A stretch of 64,000 nt of DNA from an uncultured Prevotellaceae bacterium (GTDB lineage: Bacteria; Bacteroidota; Bacteroidia; Bacteroidales; Bacteroidaceae). This document shows, piece by piece, positions 16,480 through 25,092 of the stretch. The notes under the pieces are model-generated. The model did no database searches. It saw nothing but the letters and a program-made list of their open reading frames with translations, and had not been told where the DNA came from. The stretch is from positions 16,373-80,372 of the forward strand of contig CACYJV010000002.1 of NCBI GenBank assembly GCA_902774815.1, written 5' to 3'. The translations under genes were made by a program, and so were the position numbers. The stretch's first letter is position 1. Every line of letters starts with the position of its first letter.

Positions 16480-16625
16480 AACGTTGTGCTTTAGCATAAA
16501 GAAAGCATAACTTTTTCATTACAAAAGCATTGCGTTTTCAGTACAAAAGCAATGCCTTAACACCCCTAAAGCAATGCTTTGCTGACCCTAAAAGCAGTGC
16601 TTTAGACAATACAAAGCGTTGATAT
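16480..16625. repeat. 22-bp-phased degenerate tandem array (family AAAGCAnTG), copy A, about 6 units
   Basis: Core starts at 16502, 16524, 16546, 16568, 16591 and 16613. Units such as acaaaagcattgcg / acaaaagcaatgcc / ctaaagcaatgctt. Confidence 0.8.
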
Positions 16626-16710
16626 ATCAAACGAAAAGAATATCTATCTCTCTACTAAAAAAAACAACTATTTGAGAAGAAAAGTCCTACTGCACATAAA
16701 ACATCACAAA

Positions 16711-16756
16711 ACAAAAAGGTCGCCCCCTACTCCATTCGCGGAGCATGGGGGCAACC
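16711..16756 (-). terminator. Rho-independent terminator after the TonB-dependent receptor gene
   Basis: On the minus strand, ggttgccccc...gggggcgacc (10-bp stem, 1 mismatch) is followed by tttttgttttg. Confidence 0.6.
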
Positions 16757-16807
16757 ACCTTCATCAATCAATTAAATTATGCTTTGTTTTTGTGTTGGAT
16801 GAAGCCG

Positions 16808-19195
16808 TTAGAAGTGCAGGCGAAGGTCGACTCCCACCTGCAGAGGGTTGCCAAGTTGGCCGAAATACTTTGTCTCGCCAGTTGCTGACGATGCGACGGC
16901 AAACGTATTGTACTTCGAATCGGTGAGGTTGCGTCCCCATACCGACAGCACCACGGGACCGCAATCGAGGTCGAGATGTGCTCCCAATGTGGCATAGATG
17001 CCCTGAGAATAGGTGTTGGCCTCGTCCCAGTATATCTTGCCTTGCCCAGCTACGTTCAATCCGAACGTGAGCGAACGCAACGACAACTTACTGGCTGCAT
17101 TGTGGCTGAAGTCAAACCGATAGTCGGCATTGGCCGCAAAGGTGTGTTCCGGCACGAAAGGCACCCGTTTGTCCTTATAGTCAAAGGCGGTTGTTTCAAG
17201 TCCGTTGGCAATGCTGTCGATGTATTCTTTGAAGACAGCCCGCGTATAGCTGTAGCTGGCTCCCCACATCAGGTGGTCGTTCAGCGCCTGACCGCGAAGG
17301 CTGGCCTCAACGCCACACGAGTAGCTCTTGCCGGCATTCACCATCATTCGGCCAAAACCATAGTTGCCTGCCATAACGGAAAGTTGCTGATTGGTGACTT
17401 GCATGTAGAAGCCGGCTAGATCCATCTGCAATGTCTTGTTGAAGAGGTTCAGATGTGCACCAAACTCGTAGTTCCACGAGGTCTCAGGCTTGAAAGCGAT
17501 TGTCTCGCGAATGTCGTTGTAAACCTGTTCGTCGTGTTCAATCACCATCGCCCCACGTACTGACTGAGCACTCGACTGCAGTTCGGTCTGCAGGATGTCG
17601 CTGAACATCTGCATGTTGAACCCACCAGCGCGATAGCCCTTTGTCAACGTGGCGTAGAGGTTGCTGCCACCACCCAGCTTGTATGTCAGTCCGAGCTTCG
17701 GAAGCAGCTGGTCGAAGTGGTCGTGATCGTGATGAGCCAGAGCCGAAGCAACGGAAGCATCAACGTGAACGCCCATGACGTCCTCACTCAACGTGGCCAA
17801 TGCCGACGTACGATAGTCAATGGCTGCATAGCTGTAGTCGTAGCGCAGGCCGAGGGTTGCCATCAGGCGATTGGTCAGTTCGATATCGCTCTGGTGGAAC
17901 ACAGCCAGATTGGTCATCGGTGTGTGGAAAAGTCCAGGTATAGTGGCTATCTGCATATCGACTTTGCAACCTCCCATACGTGCAATCATAGCTGCGGCAG
18001 CCTCTTCACCCATACGCTTGGCCATCGAATTGAGCATGCCGTAGTAGGCATAGTCGGTAATCGTCTTCGAGAGGAATGCGTTCATCTCTGGATCGAAGTA
18101 GACGGGAGCATTGGTTTTCATCCATTGGAAGGAGCCAAAGGCACCCAGCGTCCAGTGCCAGCGTGACGGGCGATTGCCCTTGAACACGAACTCCTGCGTG
18201 AAGGCATTCTGGAACTGGCGCTCCTCAAGGTGCATATAGTCCTGAGGCAGGTAGTCGATGTCCATCATCATGTAGTCTTTCAGGAACTGATAGCTGGCTG
18301 TGTAGTTGAAATCGAATGCATTGGCGCGGAAACCGATGTTCAGCGCAGTATTCAGCAGATTGCGACGATAATTGCCTTGACGATTGGTGGCAGGGTCGGC
18401 AGTGGTATTGTCGGCAAGCGACATCAGTCCATAGGGGAAACCATTCTGGCGAACATACTGGTAGTCGGCCACATAGTCGAACGAAAGGCGATCGGTGGGA
18501 CGCCAAATGAGTCGCATCTTGCCACCAGCTTCGTTGATGCGGTCGGCTTTTTCGCCCGTCGTCTTGTTTTCAAAGAAGCCGTTCTGGCCGTTGTAGAAAC
18601 CTGCCAGCGAGAAGACAAACTGCTCGTTTACCTTATTGTAATGGGCCACTTCTGCATTTCGATACATTGCTGTTCCAAAGCCCAGTTGTACGTCGGTGCC
18701 TTGATAGTTCATGGGGTTGCGCGAGAACATGCGCAGCAGGCCTCCTTCGGTATTCTGTCCGTAGAGGGTGCCTTGCGGTCCACGCAGCACATCGATGCGA
18801 TCCAACTGATAGGTATGCACGTTGAACGCGCTCTTGCTGACCAGTGGCATTCCGTCTGTGTAGACGCCGACAGCCGGGCTGTTCACGCGTGAGCCGATAC
18901 CACGAATATACATTGACGAAGTGTAACGCGAACCATAGTTGGGCATAGTGAATGCGGGCACGAAAGTCGACAGGTCGCGCAGGTCGCGGATGCCCAGCTG
19001 TTCGATTTCAGCCGTCGAGAACACAGAGGAACTCATGGGTTGCTGGCGCAACAGGAAGCTCTCCTTAGGCTGACTGACCACAACCACCTCGTCGAGGTCA
19101 TGAACGCGGGACGAGTCGGCCACCGCATCAATCCCCTCTGCCATAAGTGGAAGTGTGGCGACAAGCACGATGCTTGTCAGGATGATTTTTTTCAT
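16808..19195 (-). CDS. TonB-dependent outer-membrane receptor
   Basis: Signal peptide MKKIILTSIVLVATLPLMA (internal Met preferred over ORF start 19303). Plug region DLDEVVVVSQPKE...IRGIGSR, a long beta-barrel, and a C-terminal LRLHF ending in Phe. Confidence 0.85.
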   Translation of the reverse strand: MKKIILTSIVLVATLPLMAEGIDAVADSSRVHDLDEVVVVSQPKESFLLRQQPMSSSVFSTAEIEQLGIRDLRDLSTFVPAFTMPNYGSRYTSSMYIRGIGSRVNSPAVGVYTDGMPLVSKSAFNVHTYQLDRIDVLRGPQGTLYGQNTEGGLLRMFSRNPMNYQGTDVQLGFGTAMYRNAEVAHYNKVNEQFVFSLAGFYNGQNGFFENKTTGEKADRINEAGGKMRLIWRPTDRLSFDYVADYQYVRQNGFPYGLMSLADNTTADPATNRQGNYRRNLLNTALNIGFRANAFDFNYTASYQFLKDYMMMDIDYLPQDYMHLEERQFQNAFTQEFVFKGNRPSRWHWTLGAFGSFQWMKTNAPVYFDPEMNAFLSKTITDYAYYGMLNSMAKRMGEEAAAAMIARMGGCKVDMQIATIPGLFHTPMTNLAVFHQSDIELTNRLMATLGLRYDYSYAAIDYRTSALATLSEDVMGVHVDASVASALAHHDHDHFDQLLPKLGLTYKLGGGSNLYATLTKGYRAGGFNMQMFSDILQTELQSSAQSVRGAMVIEHDEQVYNDIRETIAFKPETSWNYEFGAHLNLFNKTLQMDLAGFYMQVTNQQLSVMAGNYGFGRMMVNAGKSYSCGVEASLRGQALNDHLMWGASYSYTRAVFKEYIDSIANGLETTAFDYKDKRVPFVPEHTFAANADYRFDFSHNAASKLSLRSLTFGLNVAGQGKIYWDEANTYSQGIYATLGAHLDLDCGPVVLSVWGRNLTDSKYNTFAVASSATGETKYFGQLGNPLQVGVDLRLHF

Positions 19196-19272
19196 TTGTG
19201 TCTTTATATTTCTTTTGTCTATCTGATTACTTTTATGTAGAGAGAGGTCTGCAAGACTCACTTTCACGGCTG

Positions 19273-19280
19273 CAAAGGTA
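19273..19280 (-). promoter_or_regulatory. Candidate -7 box TACCTTTG for the TonB-dependent receptor
   Basis: Plus-strand caaaggta, 78 nt upstream of ATG 19195. Confidence 0.35.
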
Positions 19281-19398
19281 GGCATTATTTGCCAATTGTG
19301 CAATCCTCATAAATATGGATTTTTGTGCGGAAAGGCCCTGTGCATTACGTATAAATGTGTAGAGAGAACCAACACAGACGAATAGAAAACAAGCATTT

Positions 19399-21405
19399 AT
19401 GAAGCAAATTATACACCATCTCCTATTTCTGTTCATGGCCATGTTCTGCATGGTCACAACAACGAGGGCGCAGTGGACACGACTCACCAATCTGCCCACC
19501 GTCTACATCGATACTTATGGCGGTGCGCCCATTACGAGTAAGACTAACTACATCTACTCCACGCTGCGATATGTCGACGAACAGGACCACGTGACGGTCT
19601 ACGATTCGGTGCAGATACGCGGCCGAGGCAACTCAACATGGGGACTTGCCAAGAAGCCTTACAAACTGAAGTTCAACCAGAAGGAACGCTTCCTCGGACC
19701 ACAGCGTGCCAACGCAAAGAAGTGGACGCTTCTGGCCAATGCTGCCGACAAGACGCTCATCCGCAACGCAGTCACTGCGGCCATCGGCGAGTTCACGTCG
19801 CTGGTCTTCAACCCTGCTTATAAGTTTGTCGACCTCGTGCTTAACGGAACCCATCTGGGCAACTATCAAATCAGCGACCACATAGACGTTCGTAAACGCC
19901 GAGTCAACATCGAAGAACAAGACCTGCCCCTAGCACCTGAAAGCGATATTACGGGTGGCTATCTGCTCGAGGTCGATGGATTCAAGGAGGGCAACTGCTT
20001 CACCACCAGTCGCTACAGCGTGCCTGTACGCATCCACTATCCTGAAGACGAGGACATTTCACCGACGCAAAACACATATATTCGCAACTACATTGCCGAC
20101 TTCGAGCGCTCGTTGCAGGCTACCTACTTCGATGATCCTGAACGTGGCTATCGGCAGTATGTCGACTCGACTTCGCTCATCGACTGGTTTCTCGTCACAG
20201 AGATCAGTGCCAACCTCGACGGTTACTATAGTACCTATTTCTATAAGGATCAAGCCGATCCCCTACTTTACTGGGGACCTGTGTGGGATGCCGACATCGC
20301 CTATAACAACGATCAGCGTGTGACAGGCACATCGGAAAAGTTGATGACTGATTACGGATTCGGACAAACCAAGCAATGGGTCAACCGCATGTGGCAAGAC
20401 ACGTGGTTCGCTAAGAAAGTCTATACGCGTTACTCCGAGTTGCTTGACAGGGGACTCGTCGATTATCTCAATGCGAAGATCGACAGCCTTACCCAACTGC
20501 TGCAGCGGTCACAGGAACTCAACTATGAGCGGTGGGGCATCAACCGCAGAATGTACCACGAGGTAGTACTCTACTCCAGTTACGATCAGTACATCGACAA
20601 CCTTCGCGGCTTCATCTCATCACATTGCCAGTGGCTTCTCACTGCATTTGCCAACCGAAAGCCCATCGAACCTACACCTGAATTTGAGCCACGTCAAGTT
20701 TATTACCGCATTCTGAATGCCAATACCAATAAGGCAATCAGCGCTAGTGGCAATCTGGTCAGCCAACAGACCAATACTGAAGACAACATCGATGAAGAAT
20801 GGTGGATCAAACGCGTGGGCGACCACTTCATGATGCTCAATCGCAATTCGCTGCTCGCACTGAACGACCCCACTGAGGGGGCCGTTGGACCTTCAACCAA
20901 CGTTGGCACACCCATTGATGTGGCACAGGAGGACTCACTTGATGAGCGCCAGCTTTGGGACATCATCCCTCAAGGCACCGAAGGCTACTACAACCTGCTG
21001 AATGTCTATTCGCAGCACATCGCCAATCTGCGTGGCGGCTCTGGTGCCGACGGTACCGAGATCATCAGCTACACCAACGACGAGCGCAATTCGTCCAGCA
21101 AGAACCGACTCTGGTACTTCGTCGCCACCCGCAATGCCATTCCCGAAGACCTCGCAGGCATCGACCCGCCCGAGCCTGATGACTACGCACTGGCCTATAA
21201 TCCTACTTCAGAGGAACTACACTTCGGTGCCGAAGATCGTTCGCAGCTGCAGCGATTCACAGCTCGCGTCTTCAACGCCAACGGACAACTCGTTGGCACC
21301 TTCCGTGCTGACGAACGTTTCTCAATGGCCTCCTTGCCACATGGTCTCTACATCGTCAATTGGCAGTGCAGCCAGCAGCAGCGCTCCGCTAAGTTCATGA
21401 GGTAA
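19399..21405 (+). CDS. CotH-family (kinase-like) secreted protein with ricin-B-like lectin region and T9SS C-terminal domain
   Basis: Signal peptide. CotH-like IRGRGNSTWGLAKKPYKLKF and KKWTLLANAADKTLIRN. QxW-like repeats EEWWI / RQLWDI / RLWYF. C-terminal LPHGLYIVNW. Confidence 0.7.
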   Translation: MKQIIHHLLFLFMAMFCMVTTTRAQWTRLTNLPTVYIDTYGGAPITSKTNYIYSTLRYVDEQDHVTVYDSVQIRGRGNSTWGLAKKPYKLKFNQKERFLGPQRANAKKWTLLANAADKTLIRNAVTAAIGEFTSLVFNPAYKFVDLVLNGTHLGNYQISDHIDVRKRRVNIEEQDLPLAPESDITGGYLLEVDGFKEGNCFTTSRYSVPVRIHYPEDEDISPTQNTYIRNYIADFERSLQATYFDDPERGYRQYVDSTSLIDWFLVTEISANLDGYYSTYFYKDQADPLLYWGPVWDADIAYNNDQRVTGTSEKLMTDYGFGQTKQWVNRMWQDTWFAKKVYTRYSELLDRGLVDYLNAKIDSLTQLLQRSQELNYERWGINRRMYHEVVLYSSYDQYIDNLRGFISSHCQWLLTAFANRKPIEPTPEFEPRQVYYRILNANTNKAISASGNLVSQQTNTEDNIDEEWWIKRVGDHFMMLNRNSLLALNDPTEGAVGPSTNVGTPIDVAQEDSLDERQLWDIIPQGTEGYYNLLNVYSQHIANLRGGSGADGTEIISYTNDERNSSSKNRLWYFVATRNAIPEDLAGIDPPEPDDYALAYNPTSEELHFGAEDRSQLQRFTARVFNANGQLVGTFRADERFSMASLPHGLYIVNWQCSQQQRSAKFMR

Positions 21406-21524
21406 ACCCCCTAAGGGAAAGGGTTGTCTCACTGCACAGCCCCATTTCCTCCTTATTTATGAGGAGTCTGCCCCCTTGATTTTACTCAAGAAATGTTTGA
21501 AATATAGAGTTTTCGCAAAAAAAA

Positions 21525-21556
21525 TTTGGCACATATTGAAAATTTACTTATCTTTG
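21525..21556 (+). promoter_or_regulatory. Bacteroidota-type promoter (-33 TTTG / -7 TATCTTTG) for the OmpA-family gene
   Basis: TTTG at 21525-21528 and TATCTTTG at 21549-21556, with a 20-bp spacer. Matches the published Bacteroides consensus TTTG-N19-21-TAnnTTTG. Confidence 0.5.
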
Positions 21557-21607
21557 CCAAAAATATTAAGGACGATAGAGTTTTTTTAATTATAAATTAA
21601 AAGTAAA

Positions 21608-22726
21608 ATGAAAAAGCTAGTAGTAATGTTTGCTGCCCTTGCTATGGCAGCTTCCGTATCGGCACAGACCGTATCGGAGAGTAAGACATTCGACAACTTC
21701 TACATTGGCATCAATGGCGGAGTTGCTACAAAGGCCACTGGTCACAAGTGGATGAACGACTTGGATCCCAATGCAGGTCTTCGCATCGGCCGCTTCTTCA
21801 CGCCGGTGTTCGGTCTTGCTGTTGAGAGCAATGCCTACTTCTCAAACAAGCCTTACACATCGACTAAACTTGCTGTTCGCGGCATCAACACCAGCCTGCT
21901 GGGTACCGTGAACCTGAGCAACTGGTTCGGTGGCTATCCTGGTGAGCCTCGCTGCTTCGAGATTGTAGGTCTCTATGGCTTCGGCTGGGGACATTCATTC
22001 ACCCACGATCCTTCGCACGAGGTACTTGGCCGCAACCGTGCCAACTTCGCTACTTCGAAGGCTGCCATTGACTTTGTGTTCAACCTTGGCGAGAAGAAAG
22101 CTTGGCAGTTCTACATTGAGCCGTCGATCACATGGGCTTTCATTGGCAATGGCAACAACCTCGGCTATGAGAACGCTTACAAGGCTCATGCCAGCAGCGA
22201 TCAGCCCAGCTACAACATCAACAACGCCTTCGTGCAGCTGAATGCAGGACTCGTTTACAAGTTCGGCAACTCCAACGGTACGCACAACTTCACCATCGTT
22301 ACTCCGCGCGACCAGGCTGAGATCGATGCTTTGAACGCTCGCATCAATGCCCTCCAGGAGGAGCTTGCTCGCAAGCCGAAGGAAATCGTGAAGGAAGTCG
22401 TGAAGGAAGTTCCCGCTCCTGTGAAGCAGGAAGTGAGAGAAGTGAAGGTTGAGAACCTTGTCTTCGTAACCTTCGCTCAGGGCAAGTCGGCCCTCACTGC
22501 TGATGCCAAGAAGGCTCTTGACGGTGTGGCCAAGGACGCTCACGTACAGATCGTAGGTACAGCTTCGCCTGAGGGCAGTGCTGAACTGAACCAGAAGCTG
22601 TCACAGGCTCGTGCTGACGCTGTTGCCGATTACTTGAGAGGTCGCGGCGTAGTTGTCGACGAGGCTACCGGTAAGGGTGTGCAGGGCACAACCTCCAACC
22701 GTCTGGCTGTTGTCTACGTGAAGTAA
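21608..22726 (+). CDS. OmpA-family outer-membrane protein
   Basis: Signal peptide, N-terminal beta-barrel-like region, coiled linker, and a C-terminal OmpA-like domain (FAQGKSALT...GTASPEGSAELNQKLSQARADAVADYL). Confidence 0.85.
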   Translation: MKKLVVMFAALAMAASVSAQTVSESKTFDNFYIGINGGVATKATGHKWMNDLDPNAGLRIGRFFTPVFGLAVESNAYFSNKPYTSTKLAVRGINTSLLGTVNLSNWFGGYPGEPRCFEIVGLYGFGWGHSFTHDPSHEVLGRNRANFATSKAAIDFVFNLGEKKAWQFYIEPSITWAFIGNGNNLGYENAYKAHASSDQPSYNINNAFVQLNAGLVYKFGNSNGTHNFTIVTPRDQAEIDALNARINALQEELARKPKEIVKEVVKEVPAPVKQEVREVKVENLVFVTFAQGKSALTADAKKALDGVAKDAHVQIVGTASPEGSAELNQKLSQARADAVADYLRGRGVVVDEATGKGVQGTTSNRLAVVYVK

Positions 22727-22754
22727 ACTGACAATTCGCAATTGACAATTTCTA

Positions 22755-22815
22755 AAAAGGACATCAGTCGTTTTGCTGCCTTGTGCATGCAAAGGGCTGA
22801 TGTCCTTTTCTTTAA
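22755..22815 (+). terminator. Terminator after the OmpA-family gene
   Basis: aaaaggacatcag ... ctgatgtcctttt stem followed by ctttaa. The loop is large, about 29 nt. Confidence 0.5.
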
Positions 22816-22837
22816 CCATCATCATTAACAATTATCC

Positions 22838-23698
22838 GTGACATCCGCTAAATACGAGATGTTCCGTGATTGCAAAATCTATTATAAAAGTAAAGTGTTA
22901 AACAAAGTAGGACGCTATGAATTCTTGGCGGAGCCGTTTCATTGCGACTTCTCCAACAGGCTGTTCATGGGACATTTGGGAAACCACATGCTGAATGCAG
23001 CTGACTTCCACTCGAACGACCGTGGATTTGGCATGCACTATCTGAACACGATTCAAAAGACATGGGTGCTATCAAGGCTGGCTATTGAGATGACAGAGAT
23101 GCCCGAGGCCTATGATCGCTTTCACGTAGAGACGTGGGTGGAGTCGGCCATGCGATTCTTCACCAATCGTAACTTCCGTGTGGTTGCTGATACCGCTGAC
23201 GGTGAGAAAGTCTATGGCTATGGCCGATCGGTTTGGGCAATGATAGATACTGAGACACGTCAGCCTACAGACATCCTGGCAATCAAAGATGGCAGCATTC
23301 GCGACTATATTGAAGCGGAAAAAACATGTCCGATTCAAAAAAGTTCACGCGTGAAGATGGGCCCCGATGCCCAACTGGTGCGCACCATTGACACACAATA
23401 TAGTGATGTAGACATCAATGGCCACATCAACAGCGTGAAATATATTGAGCACGTGCTCGACCTTTGGAATCTGGAGTGGTACAAGCAGCACAGCATACGC
23501 CGCTTCGAGATTGCCTATGTGGCAGAAGCCCATCAAGGCGACCGCTTGAGTTTTTATATGGAACACACACCTTCCGAAGAGGCTGACAGCGGACATGAAG
23601 AACAAGCGTTCTCGGTTCGCATTGTCAAAGAAACAGAAGATGGCTGCGAACCCGTAGAGACGTGCCGCAGCCATGTGGTATTTGTGACCCACCCCTAA
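22838..23698 (+). CDS. Acyl-[acyl-carrier-protein] thioesterase
   Basis: YEFLAEPFHCDFSNRLFMGHLGNHMLNAADFHSNDRGFG...TWVLSRLAIEM matches the double hot-dog acyl-ACP thioesterase family as I remember it. Position 22838 is a GTG, and ATG 22859 is an alternative start. Confidence 0.75.
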   Translation: MTSAKYEMFRDCKIYYKSKVLNKVGRYEFLAEPFHCDFSNRLFMGHLGNHMLNAADFHSNDRGFGMHYLNTIQKTWVLSRLAIEMTEMPEAYDRFHVETWVESAMRFFTNRNFRVVADTADGEKVYGYGRSVWAMIDTETRQPTDILAIKDGSIRDYIEAEKTCPIQKSSRVKMGPDAQLVRTIDTQYSDVDINGHINSVKYIEHVLDLWNLEWYKQHSIRRFEIAYVAEAHQGDRLSFYMEHTPSEEADSGHEEQAFSVRIVKETEDGCEPVETCRSHVVFVTHP

Positions 23699-23716
23699 GG
23701 GGATGGGTCTTTTTTT
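23686..23716 (+). terminator. Terminator after the acyl-ACP thioesterase gene
   Basis: gacccacccc-taa-ggggatgggtc followed by ttttttt. It overlaps the stop codon. Confidence 0.65.
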
Positions 23717-23718
23717 GT

Positions 23719-24105
23719 TCAATTGTCTTCTTTCTCTTGCAGTTTGTATTCAAAGAAGAAGGATACGAGAAGTCCGAGGCCGATGCCAAAGGCAATGATA
23801 AGCCAGAAGTAGATATTGTGCTTGGCTTCGAGACCGAGCAGGAAGTCGGCAAAGGCACCGACACCCAGTCCGATGAGGATGCAGGCCCAGCGCAGCGAAG
23901 AATACTTATTTGATTTCTTTTCCTTCTCTTCGATGAGGGCCTTAGCGGTTTCCAGATCGGTGTTGTGCTCGATGAGCAGCTTGCGCAACTCAGTCTCGCT
24001 CTGCTTCTTACGGATTGACATGATGGCCCCGAAGATGATAGCCACAATAGGAATGGACAGGGATAGTACAATGGCGAAAAGGCCTTCTAATTCTACTGGA
24101 TACAT
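23719..24105 (-). CDS. Membrane protein (about 3 TM helices plus a charged central helix)
   Basis: 128-aa ORF. Last gene of the co-directional sigma/anti-sigma cluster. Confidence 0.5.
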   Translation of the reverse strand: MYPVELEGLFAIVLSLSIPIVAIIFGAIMSIRKKQSETELRKLLIEHNTDLETAKALIEEKEKKSNKYSSLRWACILIGLGVGAFADFLLGLEAKHNIYFWLIIAFGIGLGLLVSFFFEYKLQEKEDN

Positions 24106-24182
24106 ATTATTTACCTTTCTTTATTAATTAAACTTGTTCAATCATTTCGTTTCATTTATAAGACCGTCCTGTGTTCAAATAA

Positions 24183-24518
24183 TTACACTTCAATTGGATA
24201 AAAAAACTCAATGGCCTTCCATGAGCCGTAGAGCATAGCTGCAACAGGGAAAACAAGACAGACGTAAACAATTGAGTTCTGGCCTTGCTGACTGACGAAC
24301 AGCCATAGCAGCCAGCCGAAGAGCAAAAGCACAAACGGAAGGCCAAAGGCAAAGGCGGCGGCCCTACCCCACTGGCGCAACTGACGTCGGCGTGTTTGAC
24401 GACGCAGGTCTTTCATCACGCCAACAGTGATGTCTTCGGCAATCTGCTGGCGTTCGAACGTCTGGAGAATGAGGTCATCCAGCTGTTGTTCGGTGAGGGG
24501 GTTATTGTTTATATCCAT
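24183..24518 (-). CDS. Putative anti-sigma factor / membrane protein
   Basis: 111 aa. Starts 11 nt after the ECF sigma stop. TM segment AAAFAFGLPFVLLLFGWLLWLFV. Called from position only. Confidence 0.5.
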   Translation of the reverse strand: MDINNNPLTEQQLDDLILQTFERQQIAEDITVGVMKDLRRQTRRRQLRQWGRAAAFAFGLPFVLLLFGWLLWLFVSQQGQNSIVYVCLVFPVAAMLYGSWKAIEFFYPIEV

Positions 24519-24529
24519 GTTCTTTCTTA

Positions 24530-25054
24530 TTATTGAATGCGATTGATTTCTTCATCTTCACCTAATGTGCGCCGCAAACGTTCGCGAATACGATGGAGAC
24601 GCACGAGTACATTGGTCTGCGTGAGTCCAGTAAACCGAGCTATCTCATCAGTTTTCTTCTGCTCATAGTAGTGCAGGCGAATGATTTGTCGGTCTTGCTC
24701 GGGTAGTAGTTCGATGGCTTGCTCCATGCGTTGCAATAGCACTTCGCGGTCATGATCATACTCATCGGTAGCAGGTACAGGTTGCATGCGGTGCTTTTCG
24801 CGTTCCAACTCATTAAGGGCCAGGTGCATAGCGATTGCAGCAAGCCATGGGCCTAGTGAGTCGCCTCGCCAATAAGCTAGCCGCTCGTAAGTGCGGACGA
24901 AAGTCTGCTGTGCTATTTCCTTAGCCAGCTCTTCGCGGTTGACGATGCCAAGAGCTTTCGAGAATACCATTCCCGAATAGCGTCTTACAATCTCAGCGAA
25001 GCATTGTTGATTGTGTTCGCGCAACACCTTGTTGGCAAGTTCCCTGTCAGTCAT
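24530..25054 (-). CDS. ECF-type RNA polymerase sigma-70 family factor
   Basis: 174 aa. Region-2-like FAEIVRRYSGMVFSKAL...QQTFVRTYERL and region-4-like LPEQDRQIIRLHYYEQKKTDEIARFTGLTQTNVLVRLHRIRERL. Confidence 0.85.
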   Translation of the reverse strand: MTDRELANKVLREHNQQCFAEIVRRYSGMVFSKALGIVNREELAKEIAQQTFVRTYERLAYWRGDSLGPWLAAIAMHLALNELEREKHRMQPVPATDEYDHDREVLLQRMEQAIELLPEQDRQIIRLHYYEQKKTDEIARFTGLTQTNVLVRLHRIRERLRRTLGEDEEINRIQ

Positions 25055-25092
25055 TCTGCTATATAGACCGGCATACAGAGAAATTATTACAT

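Noticed and set aside
16298-16510. 70-aa ORF in the long intergenic region upstream of the candidate operon
   Set aside because: It has AT-rich, low-complexity composition, no motif and no plausible promoter/leader geometry. It runs into the 22-bp repeat array. It is most likely non-coding.
19196-19303. N-terminal extensions of track ORFs: TonB receptor 19303, trmD 35277, patatin 38166, rubredoxin 56359, membrane protein 50503, recQ 42985
   Set aside because: Internal ATGs give canonical N-termini (signal peptides or the family-typical first residues). The extensions overlap promoter-like boxes or use non-ATG codons.
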